A DNA stretch of 64,000 nucleotides from Paraspadella gotoi. Taxonomy: Eukaryota; Animalia; Chaetognatha. Of the stretch, positions 13,501 through 26,747 are shown in pieces. The translations under genes were made by a program, and so were the position numbers. Numbering within the stretch: position 1 is the first letter of the stretch; the number at the start of each line of letters is the position of its first letter. The notes under the pieces were generated by a model. It saw only the letters and a list, made by a program, of their open reading frames with translations. It was not told the DNA's origin and ran no database searches. The DNA lies in contig CM119267.1 of assembly GCA_051294375.1 (NCBI GenBank), positions 14,191,694-14,255,693 on the forward strand. Reading direction: 5' to 3'.

Positions 13501-14380
13501 TGAGAAAATTAAATATTTAACAATAAACAAGCGTGAAGTTCTTTTTCATTGTCTTTTCCGACATAAGGGTGTCTCGTCAATAATGCACCCCCAAGAGATC
13601 CAGATGCGGTAACCCAGTGATGTCGATGTTGTTACAAGTAACAGCCCTTTTCCTTAAATTCATTTTATATATATTCGGGGAAAAATAAAAAAAGAAGTGA
13701 CAGTTATTTGAGTAATACTTTGTGGCGATTCTTCGTACGACGACGTGCCGAGTCGTCACACCCTTTCCTAATGATTTTTCGCGAGCCAATCAAAAGTTGA
13801 CGCTCGACGTGGGGCGATGTCGGCCAAGTTACTTAACGGGCGCTGCCAAAATTAAAACCTCACTTTTTTTTGTTTTCGAGTTCTGAGAAGTGCTTTTGTC
13901 ATCGACATTATAGTCAGTGCGCAGAACTCGGTATATTTTTAACTTTTTGGGGTTTGCCGTTCCGTTTTTAACGAGTGTTCATAACTAAATCATATTTATG
14001 ATTTATATCATATTAAATGTGAATAGCGTCACTAGCGTTACTATTATCTATTTTTAATCTCTCCCTTTTTTCTTCCTCTTTCTCTCCCTCTACGATAAAA
14101 AGCTAATTTGGGAACCGAGTTTCGAATCTCGAAGAATGCAACTGGACCGGTTAGAGAGAGAGAGAGAGTCCCTCGCTGCACGAGAAAAACTGTTGCCCGT
14201 CGCTCTGTTAAAAAATAAGCAATTAATTCGTTCAAGAAATCGAAACGAATACGAAAAGATGATGAAAAAAGGGTGGAGCTTAATCATTGTCATCTCATTA
14301 CCCCCCACCCCCAATCTTATCTTCGTTCTCCAAACTCTCGTTGTGACTGACACAACTAAACATTTTCTTTTCCTCTGATC

Positions 14381-14437
<57 letters not shown>

Positions 14438-14755
14438 CTCTCTCATTGTTCCCTTCCTTTTGCATTCTTTTCAGGTACAACTACAAGTTTTACTTCAACT
14501 GCCGCTGGTATTTGGAGTCCCGCAACACAACCGGGTGCGACCGGTACGAGCCTCCCGGTCCGGCATACGTCTTCGGCGATCCCCATTTCAGGACCTTCAA
14601 CAACTCCGCCTACACTTTTAACGGGAAGGGAGAGTATCGCCTGCTGGAATGCGACAACATTAAGTTCCGAATGCACGGACTCTTCGAGCAGGCGCCGAAC
14701 AATACTTGTGAGGATACGGAAATGTGACGGTTGCAGTTCTAAGGATTAGTCTCGA

Positions 14756-14793
<38 letters not shown>

Positions 14794-17700
14794 TGGGAGA
14801 TTTGAGCCGCGGGTGTCCCTTCGCCGGGTATTTTCTCTTCGCCTTTCCGATCAGTGGGAGTCACTCTGTATTTTTTAATGGGTCTTTGATTGAATGAATG
14901 ACTGGCCGGTCTTTGAAGGGGGAAAAAGCACGGATGTATAATTTTTGAACTTATGCTTTAAATATTAGTTTTTATTATCATTTTTATGAAAAGTTAATAA
15001 ATGATAGAAGAGAAGTAAAATAAATAAATGAATGAATTAATTACTGTTACGCTTGACTCGATCGCCTCTCGCGATACAGATTTTTTAATGAATGAAATTA
15101 GCGAGCGAAAGAAAAAAGAAAGATCTTGCTGGGCCAGGTCGTCCACCCGAGCTTGACAAAAGTTCTCTTCTCGCCCACTCGAGCCGAGACCGCATGAATG
15201 ACGATTGCTGTATAAAAATCTAAGCGCTCCACCCTTCGACGGCTAGGATATTAAATTTTTGTGTGTGTGTGTTGAGTTAACGATCTCTGAGAAAGAAAAA
15301 AAAGAAAAAGACAGAGAGAGAGAGAGAACTTCATAAAATCGGTGAAACCGTTAACGTCGGAGCTTTTAATTTTTTTACGAGGCGGATGGATGCTTTTTAC
15401 ATAGTCGGTTGAAATCCTTCTCCAAAAAAAAAAATCTCTCTGCGAAAGTGAAAAAGACGCTTCCCAGCGATTCAAATTGAAGTTGACGACTACTTCCTCC
15501 CCTCCCCACTGTTCTTTTTCTCCGCTCTGACCCCTTTCCCTCCGCGCAACCCCCTCATTCTCACACTCCTTCACCTCTAGACGGTCAGGTCAACGCGACC
15601 GGACTGACGGCCGTGGCGATGAAGGAAGGATCCCGCGGGTCAGAAGTAGAAGTCAGGGTCAACCTACCGTCGTGTCGCTGGCGCAACCGATTGCAGATCA
15701 TCGTCGACGATCACGAAGTTCTTTTCAACAGCTCGCTCAACAAGTGGCAGTGGTTCACCAGTGAGTACAGTTTCGTTTGTCTCAGAATCGCGGGCTTTAT
15801 AGTGCGTGGGAAAAAATCAGCAAGTTAGTAGCCATGGGTACAAGCCTTTAAAGTGAACCCTTAACTACTGCGGTCAGTGAATTTGCAAATGCACTGTGTC
15901 CTTCGCTCGCCCCCCTCACCTTTATTCTCCCGATTTTATTCGTAATTCGTGAATCCACCAAGCTTGCCCACTGCCCTGTCATTGGTCAATGTTCAATGGT
16001 CAACTTTCAACGGCGATTCACTTTTTTTTTACCCTCGACTTTTTCCACGGCCATTCATCATCGTTCCTAACGAAAGAGAACGCGTTGGTGGTCGTCCACT
16101 TAAGTCATAAAAATTAGACGAATATCGCGTTTTTGTAATTGAGCTAAAATGAAAACGTCGACGTTTTCAGCCAACTTTTTGTACCCCCTTTTTTTTGGTG
16201 GGGGATATCCTTGAGAAAATGGTCTTAAGTTTCCCGCCGCTTTAAAGTCTGGGGCCCAGTCTGGAGTGTTCCTATTTTACATCGCCGATATTCTTAAGGA
16301 AAATTTCGAAAGTTATAAGGTAATTGTTAATAGTTCTAATTGCAAAAGAAAAACATATTCTTTCTCTCTCTAAGTCTCTCTCTCTCTTCTCTCTCTCCCT
16401 CTCTTCTCTCTCTCCTTAAGCGAACACTTTCAATTTCCACAGCGGCAGGAGTTTTAATTACCAGTCAATCGTAAATCTCTCCCCGATAATCAAGACGACG
16501 ACATTTCGCTCCGCCGCCTTAGCACAGCGGCGGCCGCGTCGGCAGCGGCTGCTGCGGATTGGGCGTCGAGGTCGTCGATGAACGCGTCGACGAAACTGGG
16601 GAACTCAGACGATCGACGACTACGAAAAAACGAAAAAAGAATTAGGCTTAAAATGAAGATTGTTGATTATTCTTCAGATAATGACTTAAACCCGAGTGTT
16701 TTGACCCTTTATTCGACGATACACGCGATGATCCCCGCTTCTTAATTGATTTCCCATTAATGTCGTCTTATTTCGACTTCCGGTGTAATCTAATCTAATA
16801 AGCGCTGTACTTCCTCCGATCTCAGTGATGAAACGAAATCGTCACGTTCATGTACTCGAGACGGTACGGTAGCCAGACAATGATCGAAACACCGTGACTT
16901 GTAGCGTTTAAGGAACAGTAGGTGTAGCGCATAAAGATGCCACTAAAAACCGTACACTCACCTCTCTCTCTCTCTCTCATCTTGTCTCTCTCTCTCTCTC
17001 TCTCTCTCTCTTAGATCTTTCGATCTTCGGTGAGACGGACGACAACCAGAACACGAACGTTACGCTGATGTTTCCTTCCGGAACCGGTATTCAAGTCGTC
17101 GAGTCTTTCGGTCTCTTGCACGTTTACGTCAGCGCCTCGCCATGGTTCTACGTGAGTTCATTTTTTCTTCCTTTCTTTCTTTATTTTTTTTTCGCTTTAT
17201 CTATTTTGTTCTATATACCATTGGTGGTGGTAACTAGTAGTTTACAAGGTTCCAACTTAAAGGACAGTGACTTCTGACTTTTTAGTCGAGTTCTACTCAA
17301 CCTTTAAAGAAGGCTGAAAAGAGTTGGCTCATATTAATTTTGTATGAATTACTGAATATTGATCTATTTATTTTCATAATACCTTTCACTTTCTCTTCTT
17401 TCTAGCGCCGCACAGAAGGTTTATTTGGCTACTGGGACCGCTTCAAGGACAACGATCTGATGTTGCCGACCAGCGACGAAGGTCACTGGATCACCAACCT
17501 TGACCACGAAAACATCTTCAAGCAGTTCGGGATCTACTGGCGAATTCAGTCTGAGCGAGAGTCTGTGCTGACGCGGCCCATCGGGCGCAACTTTTCGTGG
17601 ATTCATTTGACGTACAACTTGAGGGAGTTTTATCCACATTTCGGTCTTCCACCAATGCCAAAGAACACCTCGTTCACTGGTAGGGAGGGTTGAAGGGTTA

Positions 17701-20700
17701 TCAATTTATGCTCCTGGTCTAAATTGATATGGAGAAGAAGAGGAACATCCGAAAAATCGCCCAGGAAAAGTGTAACATTAAACAAAACAATAAAAGCCTA
17801 TTTCCGGTTAATTAAGATGGCCTTTAAAAAAATATCCGTAAAAAAGCCACGTTGACAACGAGGGCTGAGTAACTTTGGCAGAAAAAGCCGGAAAGCAATT
17901 AAATTTAATATCGGTTAAAATTGAGCGAATTAAGTCGAATGCTTTTTTAAAATTTATGCCTCTTTTTATTGGTTCTGTGCCAACACTTTTTTTTAAAAAT
18001 TACTCTGGATTAACCGTAGGGTCTCCGCTCTCAATCGGCCGACGCCGGGAGAATAGAGATCATTAAGAAAATCCTGGTTCGAGGTTTTTGGCAAATAAAC
18101 CAACTTCTGCAAATCTTTTTTAAACTATTTTTTCTGTCTTTCTTTCTTTCTTTTTTCTCTTCTCTCTTTTACTCTATTGCTCGGTTTATTAAATATTTTC
18201 CAATCTGTCTAATCTTAGCGCAATTCAAATGGTTACTAACCGTTAGTAGTTACGAGGTAAGGTACAATCTTCTCTCACGGCCCCTTTACTTTTCTAAATG
18301 CTGATAAGCCCAAACCCCTCCTCCAACAGAGGCCGACGTCCAACGCGTTTGTCAAATGAGTTCGGGAGAGTTGAACCTCGAATGCGCCTACGATTACCGA
18401 TCGACAGCCAATCGCCCACTTGCCGAAGCCACGAAGCTGCAATACGATTGGTGGAACGCTGTTTACGAAGGCGTTAAACCAGGTCTCGTCGCGATAGCTG
18501 TTATCCTTTTATTGAGGCGTCTTCGTAATTGTAATTGTAAAGTTTATTTTCCGAAAAAATATAGTTCTCTTTGACGGTAAAAAAGATTTAATTTTACGAC
18601 GAGAACGAAGATGGTTAAAAAAATAAAAGTTTTTTTTTTCTTGGGACGTTTTAGCTTTGACGGCTTTGGTTAAGGGTTTATAATTTGAATTTAATGAATA
18701 GAAAGGGCGCGGATACATGCTGGAGAAGAAGCTATTCAATTACTAAATACTACCGCAAAAGATATTTACTGTTGACGCTTTTAAAACAGTAAAACAGTCT
18801 AATTGATTTTGGTTAAAAATAATGTTTCAGGATCCTGGATCCTCTTTCCATTCGCATCGTGCGGAAATATTTTATTCTCTAGAAATAGGTTGATTGCTAA
18901 AAAATAAATAAACAAGGGACATATTAGAAACTAGAACCTTAAAACGATTAGGTCAAACGACAACGACCGAAGCGCTTAGCGACAAACTCGACGGCTTTTC
19001 TTTTTAAAATCGGGTCCTTCGTCGAATCTCAACTCTTAGTCTTACTCTTGGCAATAATTGGCGAGGCGCTAGTGTCAATTAGTCGGGGTCGAAAATGATT
19101 TAGGGGAGGTTATGGTTGTTTGACCCGGCCTCGTTGTGGAGTCAAAACATGTAAAGCCCAGATGGAGAAGCTTAACTTTAAAAATTTTAAACTTGTTAAA
19201 TTTTTTCAATTTATTTTATTTTGATTATTTTTTATTGCTGAGTTTTAAATGAGATGAAACTTGAAAGGAGCTTCGTCTGGTTTCAGATTGAACGAAAGGA
19301 AGGGATAAGAAATATTAGTAAATCGGTCAAAATGTTTATTCTTTGCCTTTGAGGAAGATAATCTTAATTGATGCGAAAGCTTATTAACGAAATGATGAAG
19401 CTATTTTTAATTAGTGTTAAATAGATAAAAATTTGTGTCTTTCTTTTCAAGTCGAGAATCTAAAAAGGTAAAATCCGTATTTTTAATGCAATATTTATTT
19501 ATTTAATTATTATTTATTCTCCCAGTCAACTCCTGCGGCGTTCTTCCCGTCCGCGGAGACTGGGAAGGAGCGACCCGATTTCCCCAAAGCTACATGTCGG
19601 GCGACTCCATCAAAGTCTCTTGCAAGAAGGGCTACAACTTTTGGGGTCAGGAAAACTGGCATTGCAACCAGGAAGGCGACTGGGAGGGCAGCAGTTGGGG
19701 ACGAGACGAGGAGTGGCCAATGTGCATGAGTGCGTAAATTCGGAAGAAGTTCTCCACGTTGATTCTTATTGAATTTTAATTATTAATTAACGGTTTTCTC
19801 AGCCATCCGACACACGGCGGAATATTCTGGCATGGTCGGTGGCGCCGCCCTCGCCGGCTTAATTCTCATCTTGATCACGCTATTTTGGCTGCTGAAGAAA
19901 AATAAAACGGCGGCGCCTAGACAAAGGTAAAGTCTCCCCTTCCATGTTTATGGGTTTTTTCTGCTATTAATACCTTTTTTTTCCTTCGAGCCATGATTTT
20001 TTTTTATTTATTGTAAAGGGGAAAAAAATTAACCGTAGAAGACATTAAAATACTGCTAAAAATTGCGAATCATTTAGTATGTTAATGTCAAAACAAACAA
20101 ATTACTATATAAAACCGCTCCTTAAAAACTGATTAAATTTTTTTTTTCCGTCTTCTTTGTTTTTCTTTCTCGCTTCATTGTTCGGCGTTCGGGGATTAAG
20201 ACAAGTTAATTGAAGCGATTTTAGAGAACCAGGACAATTCAGTTTTTTTTTTTTCTCTCTCTTTGCTTAAATCTCGATCTAACGGCGTCACTACATTCCA
20301 TACGTACCACACGGTTTTCAAAATGCAATCATCGATTCCTTATTTTTTGCGCCTTTTAAGATCCACTTTCTTTTTGTTTTAGAATATCTTTCGATCACTT
20401 CTTTAACCAAACTGGTTTTCATCCACTGATCAAAGAATTTTCCTCCTCTGTTCCCCCCCTCCTTGATTTTCTTATATAGTTAAACTGCTCAAAACTCTTC
20501 GGAATGTGAAATTATTTTTTTCAATACGTTTTACGTCGTTTTTCGTTCGTTTTACTTCTTCGGATTTTCTGCCTTAATGTAATCTTTTTCCTTGATGTGA
20601 TTTCTGTTACGTTAGGTTTAAAATATTAGTTTGACAAAAAAAGATGTGGCTCATTGCGTGGCAGCACCGCGAGACGTACGATCCAGTGAGATCGCGATCG

Positions 20701-20782
20701 TTGATGCAGCGAAATCGATAACAACAACTGCAAACTTAACCGTCTCGTCTCGGAAAACACGTGTCGAAACGACCCCAGAGTC

Positions 20783-20834
<52 letters not shown>

Positions 20835-22863
20835 TTTTCCATTCTCTCTCATCCTTGCTTCCCGTTTCCTCTAAAACAAGAACTAACTTTTTTTTTCCGG
20901 TGCGGATTCTTTATTCTTCAAAAAATGATCGTAGTCGTCGTCGTTGTCGTCGCCGATTTCTATCTTCCTTTCTTTTCATGTCCGATCAACCGAGACTTTT
21001 ATATGGAAGGTTCGTCGTCTTTGTTACTGTGTTTCTGTTGTTGTTGTTATTTGTTGATAAGTTCATTACTCGTAATACTCTTTGTCCTTTGCTTGAAAAT
21101 ATCAAAATACTCATTTTCTGACTCTCCCTTATGATTATTGTAATTTCAGTTCTTTGCTAAGCACGTCTCTTGTATTTCGTGTGAAAAAGAAATCCGTTTC
21201 CTCAATAGATGAGATCAAATTCGGTGGGAAGCGACAGACAGGAAACGAAAATAGGTTTTGTCTGAGAAAAAAACCTGTCTTCTGTTTAATGTGCACAGGA
21301 TTTTAATTAACTCATTTTGTTTTCTTTATTTTTTATTTTTTCATTGTTACTTCCTTATCTAATATTGCATTTTTTAAAGGCTTTTTTATGGATTTTATTT
21401 GTTGTATTTCATCTTTTGTGCTATCAGCTGCCAAGCGAGTACTCGCAACTCTATAAGCCACTTTTTGGTCGGTCGGTCTATCGATCTGTTCCATTTACCT
21501 TTAAAATTCTTACAACTTGGGTTGTATATTAATTTGGTTAATATTTAATAGAAAAGTAAATAACCATAAGATGCATAATTTGTATAAGTTTATACTTACA
21601 ATGTTACCAAATCATTTTAAATGCAATTATATATTAAAAAATATAGATTAATTCATTGTGTATAGACTTTCGATTTCGTTGTTTATGGGCATTAGGAGAA
21701 AAACAATTTTTATTTGTTTTGACAACGAATTTTAGTGATAACATGTCTGTCAAATTGTCACTAAAATTCGTTGTCAAAACAAATAAAAATTGTTTTTCTC
21801 CTAAGATTAATTCATATAATACTGATTCATTTTACTTACTACTTAGCAGAGATTGAGAAGTATCATTAAACACTTATTGTATGTTATAGATGCATAGTCA
21901 TTTGACTATGTAAAAAGGTAGTTATATGATCAGAAAGTTATTGCTAATTATTTTTCATAATTATGTATGTAATCACATAATCATTAGGAAATGCATCCAT
22001 TTAAGTGAGTTACTGTGGCGCAACACCTTGAACTTGCCGGTTGTTGTTTTCTTTATTTTTGAACTTTGAATGTTTTCGATCGATCGATGAGACATCGGTT
22101 TTGTTGCCTACGTGCTCGAGCCTCGAAACGGTGGCCATTTCAAATCGATTTGTTCTGCGGAAAAGATAGAAAAAGTTCGTGCCGAGACATAAACGCGAGT
22201 TTAATGAAAAATTCATTTTCCTCATCTCAAATTTATTTTTCCGCTAACTTAATGTGCGAGCATAGTATGAAATTGGTACAACCAATATAAAAATTATCCA
22301 TCCATTTAATAAATAAGCTATCTTGTCCCTGACTTTGGACAGGCATTGGTGGTTTAAGGCCTCCATCACACTTGCAAGATAATAACATAACAGGTTTCTG
22401 CAAGCTTTTAATCAAGCCTCTCTCACAGACTTGTTTATTCACTCCCAGTGAACCTGGCTTCCCTATCAATGAAGTGGTATAATATTTCAAAGAATGTTTC
22501 AATTGTATGAAAAGACCATATGAGACTGACTATTTCTGTGTACGTAGATTCAAAGAGATTTCCCTTTCCCTTTCATTCCCTGTCCATTCGTCCCACCGCC
22601 CTACCCACACCACCGCCTCTTCCCCCACGCCCCACAGCCCGTACCGCCACGACTACGACGACGACTTCTACGACGACGGACCCGACGGCGTCGTCATGTC
22701 CGACAAGGAACGTCGCAATCTCCGCTTGGCGGAGAAGGAAAGCAGCTCGCTGACGTCCTCGTCCCGCGGCGTGGAGGCCGCGCCCGGTGAGACCACGCCC
22801 TTTGGCGTCGTTGCGGCGGCGAAGAGAGACGAGAAAGGATACGTGGAAACGGAGGGACTGTGA
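2017..22863 (+). CDS. Mesh/SUSD2-like type I membrane protein (signal peptide, NIDO, IPT/TIG, AMOP, VWD, Sushi, TM, tail); 19 exons
   Basis: Phase-consistent exons: 2017-2083, 2221-2390, 5517-5721, 6686-6867, 7058-7195, 7315-7492, 7576-7824, 8693-8869, 9096-9285, 12524-12805, 12868-13083, 14475-14707, 15581-15760, 17015-17151, 17406-17679, 18330-18482, 19526-19729, 19803-19926, 22638-22863. Motifs: signal MTRICFPVFFIFFCLAKFSTA; NIDO (IAPFY, NTVQAVLVTDENATYAIFNY, GFNRGNG, GRYIFRID); IPT (GGEQLNVSGPCF); AMOP (LPPCPCKLTQA, GNQCCY); VWD (FGDPHFRTF..YTFNGKGEY); Sushi (SCKKGYNFWGQENWHCNQEGDW); TM GMVGGAALAGLILILITLFWLL. Confidence 0.9.
2742..3278. repeat. 18-bp minisatellite, consensus GACCAAATTATGCCAGTT, about 30 degenerate copies
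   Basis: Head-to-tail repeat without spacers in intron 2 of the Mesh-like gene. Confidence 0.92.
5255..5316 (+). repeat. Fragment of an unclassified dispersed repeat (family A)
   Basis: GAAATTGGTACAACCAATATAAAA(A)TTATCCATTCATTTAATAAATAAGCTATCTTG recurs at about 6362-6420, 22270-22326 and, inverted, at about 35360-35415. Confidence 0.75.
9771..11741 (+). CDS. Nested gene: membrane-anchored CoA-dependent acyltransferase (alcohol acetyltransferase / condensation-domain fold); 2 exons
   Basis: Exon 1 9771-11220 (CAAG|GTTTGT, phase 1), exon 2 11530-11741 (DRRPFDIT...GELFWTISYSEAV...GEME*), about 553 aa. N-terminal hydrophobic helix, NPMLRMRI, PFNSTIGPLWRV and catalytic HHAIIDG (10407-10427). AATAAA-type signals near 11877-11897. 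Lies inside Mesh-like intron 9 (9286-12523). Confidence 0.85.
11244..11378 (+). repeat. Degenerate TTAGGG-like repeat tract
   Basis: ggggttaggggg...ggtttagggtcac...ggtttagggttac...ggtttagggttat...agggtttaggttt in the intron of the nested gene. Confidence 0.6.
14381..14444. repeat. (CT)n microsatellite, representative of many CT/GA tracts (also about 552-655, 1472-1503, 5988-6040, 7207-7289, 7505-7542, 14758-14790, 16961-17010, 20787-20831, 25405-25455)
   Basis: Simple dinucleotide runs; several sit next to exons as part of polypyrimidine tracts. Confidence 0.9.
21430..21492 (+). repeat. Fragment of a second DINE/HINE-like dispersed repeat with GGTC microsatellite
   Basis: GCGAGTACTCGCAACTCTATAAGCCAC...GGTCGGTCGGTC; related inverted copy at about 23705-23755 and a weaker copy at about 5095-5130. 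Confidence 0.5.
21692..21804. repeat. Perfect 47-bp inverted repeat with 19-nt spacer
   Basis: 21692-21738 TTAGGAGAAAAACAATTTTTATTTGTTTTGACAACGAATTTTAGTGA is the exact reverse complement of 21758-21804. Confidence 0.95.
22268..22480 (+). repeat. Longest copy of dispersed repeat family A
   Basis: Aligns over about 200 bp with the reverse complement of about 35220-35415 (GGGAAGCCAGGT..CTGGGAGTGAATAAAC..GTGAGAGAG..TTGATT.AAAGCTTGCAGA.ACCTG.TATGTTATTA). Confidence 0.75.
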
Positions 22864-23317
22864 AAACAATGTGGAAAGGTGTGGGGACAGGAGAAAAAAT
22901 TTTTTTTTTTTTTTTTTTTTTTTTGTTGCTCGTAGGGAAAAAATTGAATTAAGCGGGGTTTTTTTGTTTGTTTTTTTTAAATGAAAATAGCATAAAGTAA
23001 CAAGTTTGACGCAATTAAAGTTTGATACAGAGAAATTTAAAAAAAATTAATAGTTTATTGGCCCAAGGAGAAGAGAGCATCGAAAAAAAATTGAGTTTTC
23101 CTTTTAAAAAAAAATGCATTCTATTAGTTAATAAATAATTTCACACAGCACCAGTTCGTTCTTTTTTATATCTAATTGCCTTCTTTGGAATTCGTATAAC
23201 AAATTTCGCGAGAATTTGTACATAAAATAAAAAAATCATCTGACTCAATTCATGATCTTTTTAATTTAAATTAAAAGATAATCAGCTCAATTTAAAATAC
23301 ATTTATTATTAATGAAC

Positions 23318-23524
23318 TATGGTGGACTAAAATCCACCAACCGCTCGTCAGCGGCCATTGGTGCATGAGGCTAATCATTCGCTTCCTTACCCAAAGGTCC
23401 TGGGTTCTAGCCCGGTTGTCGCTTAGCAGTCAAGAAGGACGGGGCGCTTAACCCCCCCGTAATACGCCTGATCCGAAGCTCAGGGACTGCTTATATTGAA
23501 CGGTTCTGTCACTAACTCATAACA
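23318..23524 (+). mobile_element. tRNA-related short element (SINE or tRNA-bearing solo LTR); boundaries uncertain
   Basis: tRNA-like segment 23351-23422 with A-box-like TGGTGCATGAGG and B-box-like GGTTCTAGCCC; no clean cloverleaf and no clear target duplication. Confidence 0.55.
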
Positions 23525-25402
23525 TGTTTTGCTGTCTCTTCATTTACCAAAAAACTCAAAATCGTCTGTGAGCAAGGATGGATTAAATTCGACAAGGGCT
23601 ATCCTCAGGCAAAAATTAATTCCTAATTTTAAGTCTGAATCCCAACAAAAACTATAATTAATATATATATATTAATTATAGTGCATATATATATAATTAT
23701 ATGCACAGACAGACCGAAAGGTGACTTATAGAGTTGCTCTGCGAGTACTCGGGGCGCACCTAAAAAAATCGAGGGTCGGAAGAAGAGATCAACGAAAAGG
23801 CTCCATCTCCCTTTTTTTTCTTGTCGTTGCAAAGCTGAAAGCGAAGTAAACAGATCACACAAGCAGAGATAAATGTTTGGTGGCTAATGGAATCCCGCCA
23901 AGTTGATAGAGGTTGTCATTTGCGTACAAAGAAAATGTTAAATTTGTACACATTTCTTCACATAAAAACCATTATTGTTGGAGAGATTTCCAGAATAAAG
24001 AAATTTAAAGATTGAGTAATTCGGTTTAGCTAATCTTTACCACTCTTTCCCACAGGTTTGTTAAATAAAACCTTTGCTGTGAAATGTCACGGCTTTTGCA
24101 GAAGGCGTCTCGTACATTTTAAGGATAATTCCTGTCGCATTTGGAACACTTGAATATGCACTTGCAAAAATGTTTGGGATTTGTTGAATGAGAATATACA
24201 AAAAGATAATTGAATTTGAGAGAACCAACAAGTATTCCAGAAATTCTGACAATCCCTGTGTCGACCCTCGCAAAACTCAGAATGAGAAACAAAATTTCAT
24301 CTGAGCTTTTTTAAATTTTCCCTTTTTCATTCTTTTTTTGGGGGTTTTTAGACTATTTTAAAACTTTACTTTTATTTTAGTAAGGAGATAACTTTTTAGA
24401 CTAGAAAGGGGGAGCAGTTAAGCAACGCGTTACAACGAATCAGTTCTTGAGAAAAAAAATTACCCCTTTTTTATAATTTCATCCAACGTCCATTTTTTTC
24501 TTTACTTAACGCCACCCGCAATTTCAACCTCAAGACAGTTCTGCTGCAGAATTTTGAGAATTTAGTCTGAAGGTTTAAAAAAATTAGGAAGAGAGGGCGA
24601 ATCCTATAAGTTTTAGAAGAGAGTTTCATATATAAAGAATAAGAATAAATTATGAACAGGAAGACAAATGAATGAATATAAAATGTTCTTTGTATATTAT
24701 TACATTTTTGTATCAATCTATCTTAATTTCTTTTACGGAGATTCAACTTCATTTAAAATGCATACCAATAAACCTAGTTAGTAAATAAATTTTGTCTCGT
24801 TTGAAAAATTTGTTCTTGAAGATTTTTAACTCCGACCGACTGACTAAAATGCATCTCATCGCGTTTCAAGCGAAACCTCATCTCAAAACAAGATAATTTT
24901 TTGGAAAACTGTTGGTAGATGTCGCGGCCTTGAAATGAGATAAAGCAAAGGAAGCGCGAAAGGAAACGAGGCAAAAAATTGAGAAAGTGTCATGTACTGA
25001 GGAAAAAAACTGCTTATTTTTAAATGTTAATCATTATGACATTTTTATCCTGATCCCAAAAGCCAAAAAAATATTTTGATAAATACATAATTGACTTGCT
25101 ACTTAATTTTTTGTACTATAAAAAAGAGTCCTATTTCAAATTATTCTTTTATCTTTTAAGACTTAGTCTTGCTATAAAATAATTATTTTGAACGAAGGAG
25201 GAAAGGCTCCAAACCACTCTGGGGAAAAAACGGAGGTGTTCCAATCAAAAATCCAATCGTAGGAGGTAAGAGATTGAAAGGGGAAAGTTAAACTTGAAGA
25301 TGAGGAAGATAAAAGGAGCAAAAAGCACAAAAGATATAGTTTGGACAGACAAACGGACAAGACAGATTCTTAGGGATGGGAACTCTTCAATCATTGTGTC
25401 AG

Positions 25403-25458
<56 letters not shown>

Positions 25459-26747
25459 CATTAAAGAGCTTTTTTTAAATCACTACGTATCTTGTGTATT
25501 TTCTTGAAACTTTTCCGAGAGTTAATATTTACAGTAGAAAATGCCAAAAGTTTTCTCCGAGCAAACGTCCTTAACAGTCGGCACCTTTTTTTTTCATCGT
25601 TCGCTCTGAGATTTCGACATTTCGATCGAAACTAAAAATAGTTCAAATATCATAAAAAATAATTTATTTTATTTATTTATTTATATTATTCGGTCACGAA
25701 TTGGAAAACCATTCTGACGCCTCCATATTTTTTTCTTTATTTTCAAATGCGATCTATTCACTCCGCTTTAGTCTCGAAGGTCGAAAAGAGTGTGACTCAT
25801 AGTCATACATCTAATTATAGGAAGCCAAGACGTTTCCAATTTATACCAACAGTTCCTTTTTCCATGAATATTATTTACTTATAATATATTTCATTTTAAA
25901 GGAATCTAACTTGATTTATTTTCATAATGTTTTGCGGTGTCCTCTTTATTTTGCACAGGACTGTAGTAAACAAGATTGGCCGATATTAAAAGTTTCATTG
26001 TATGTAAAAGGGCAAAGGAACTCTAATCTTCTGACCGATTAAATGTCAGACCGAAAATGTGACGCCCGCATTTTAAAAAAATGGAAGGAGCGGTGAATCT
26101 CCGTCGTGCATTTCCAAATCCTTTTTAAAAGGCTAAGATAAGATAACGAATTTTAAAACTCACAATCAAAGAGAGTCTTTTGTTTGGAAGACATAAGACT
26201 AGCGTAAACGTTAAAAATAGATATAGTTTACGTTAATTTCTTTAAGCCTGTAAACGAAAACGTATAAAATGTTAGGTTTTTTAAAATAAATGAATTCTTT
26301 AATCAACTATTTTAGGTCACAGACAATGAATCACAATTTATCCACGAAAAATTTCTTCCGTGAATTTATTGACTCGCGCGAGTTTGCCCTCGTGACTTCG
26401 TGAAATGTCAACGTTCGATAGAAGGAAAGAAACAAACAACCTTCACCTACCGAAATTTTAAAAAATTAAATAACGAAAAAAAAATATTAAAAAAATTGGG
26501 AAAAAATTCAATGGGAGTGCGACAATTTTCCCCTTGATTTCTCGCCTACCCCCAACCTGAGGCTCCCTACCCCCCACCATTTCCCCCCACTTCCGCCCCC
26601 CATCCTCGACTACCTAGAAATCTCCCTCCACCTTCATCACATCTTGATTCTATCGCTAAATATCGCCACCTACGATTTGTGCTAGAGTAGAACATCAACG
26701 AAGAAAATTTCTTTCTAAAAAATATTATCGTCTCAAAAATACGGGCC

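Noticed and set aside
23351-23422. Functional tRNA genes here and at about 26790, 34520 and 56435
   Set aside because: A/B boxes are present but the arms do not fold cleanly, there is no adjacent oligo-T terminator and the segments are embedded in repeats; tRNAscan-SE would settle it.
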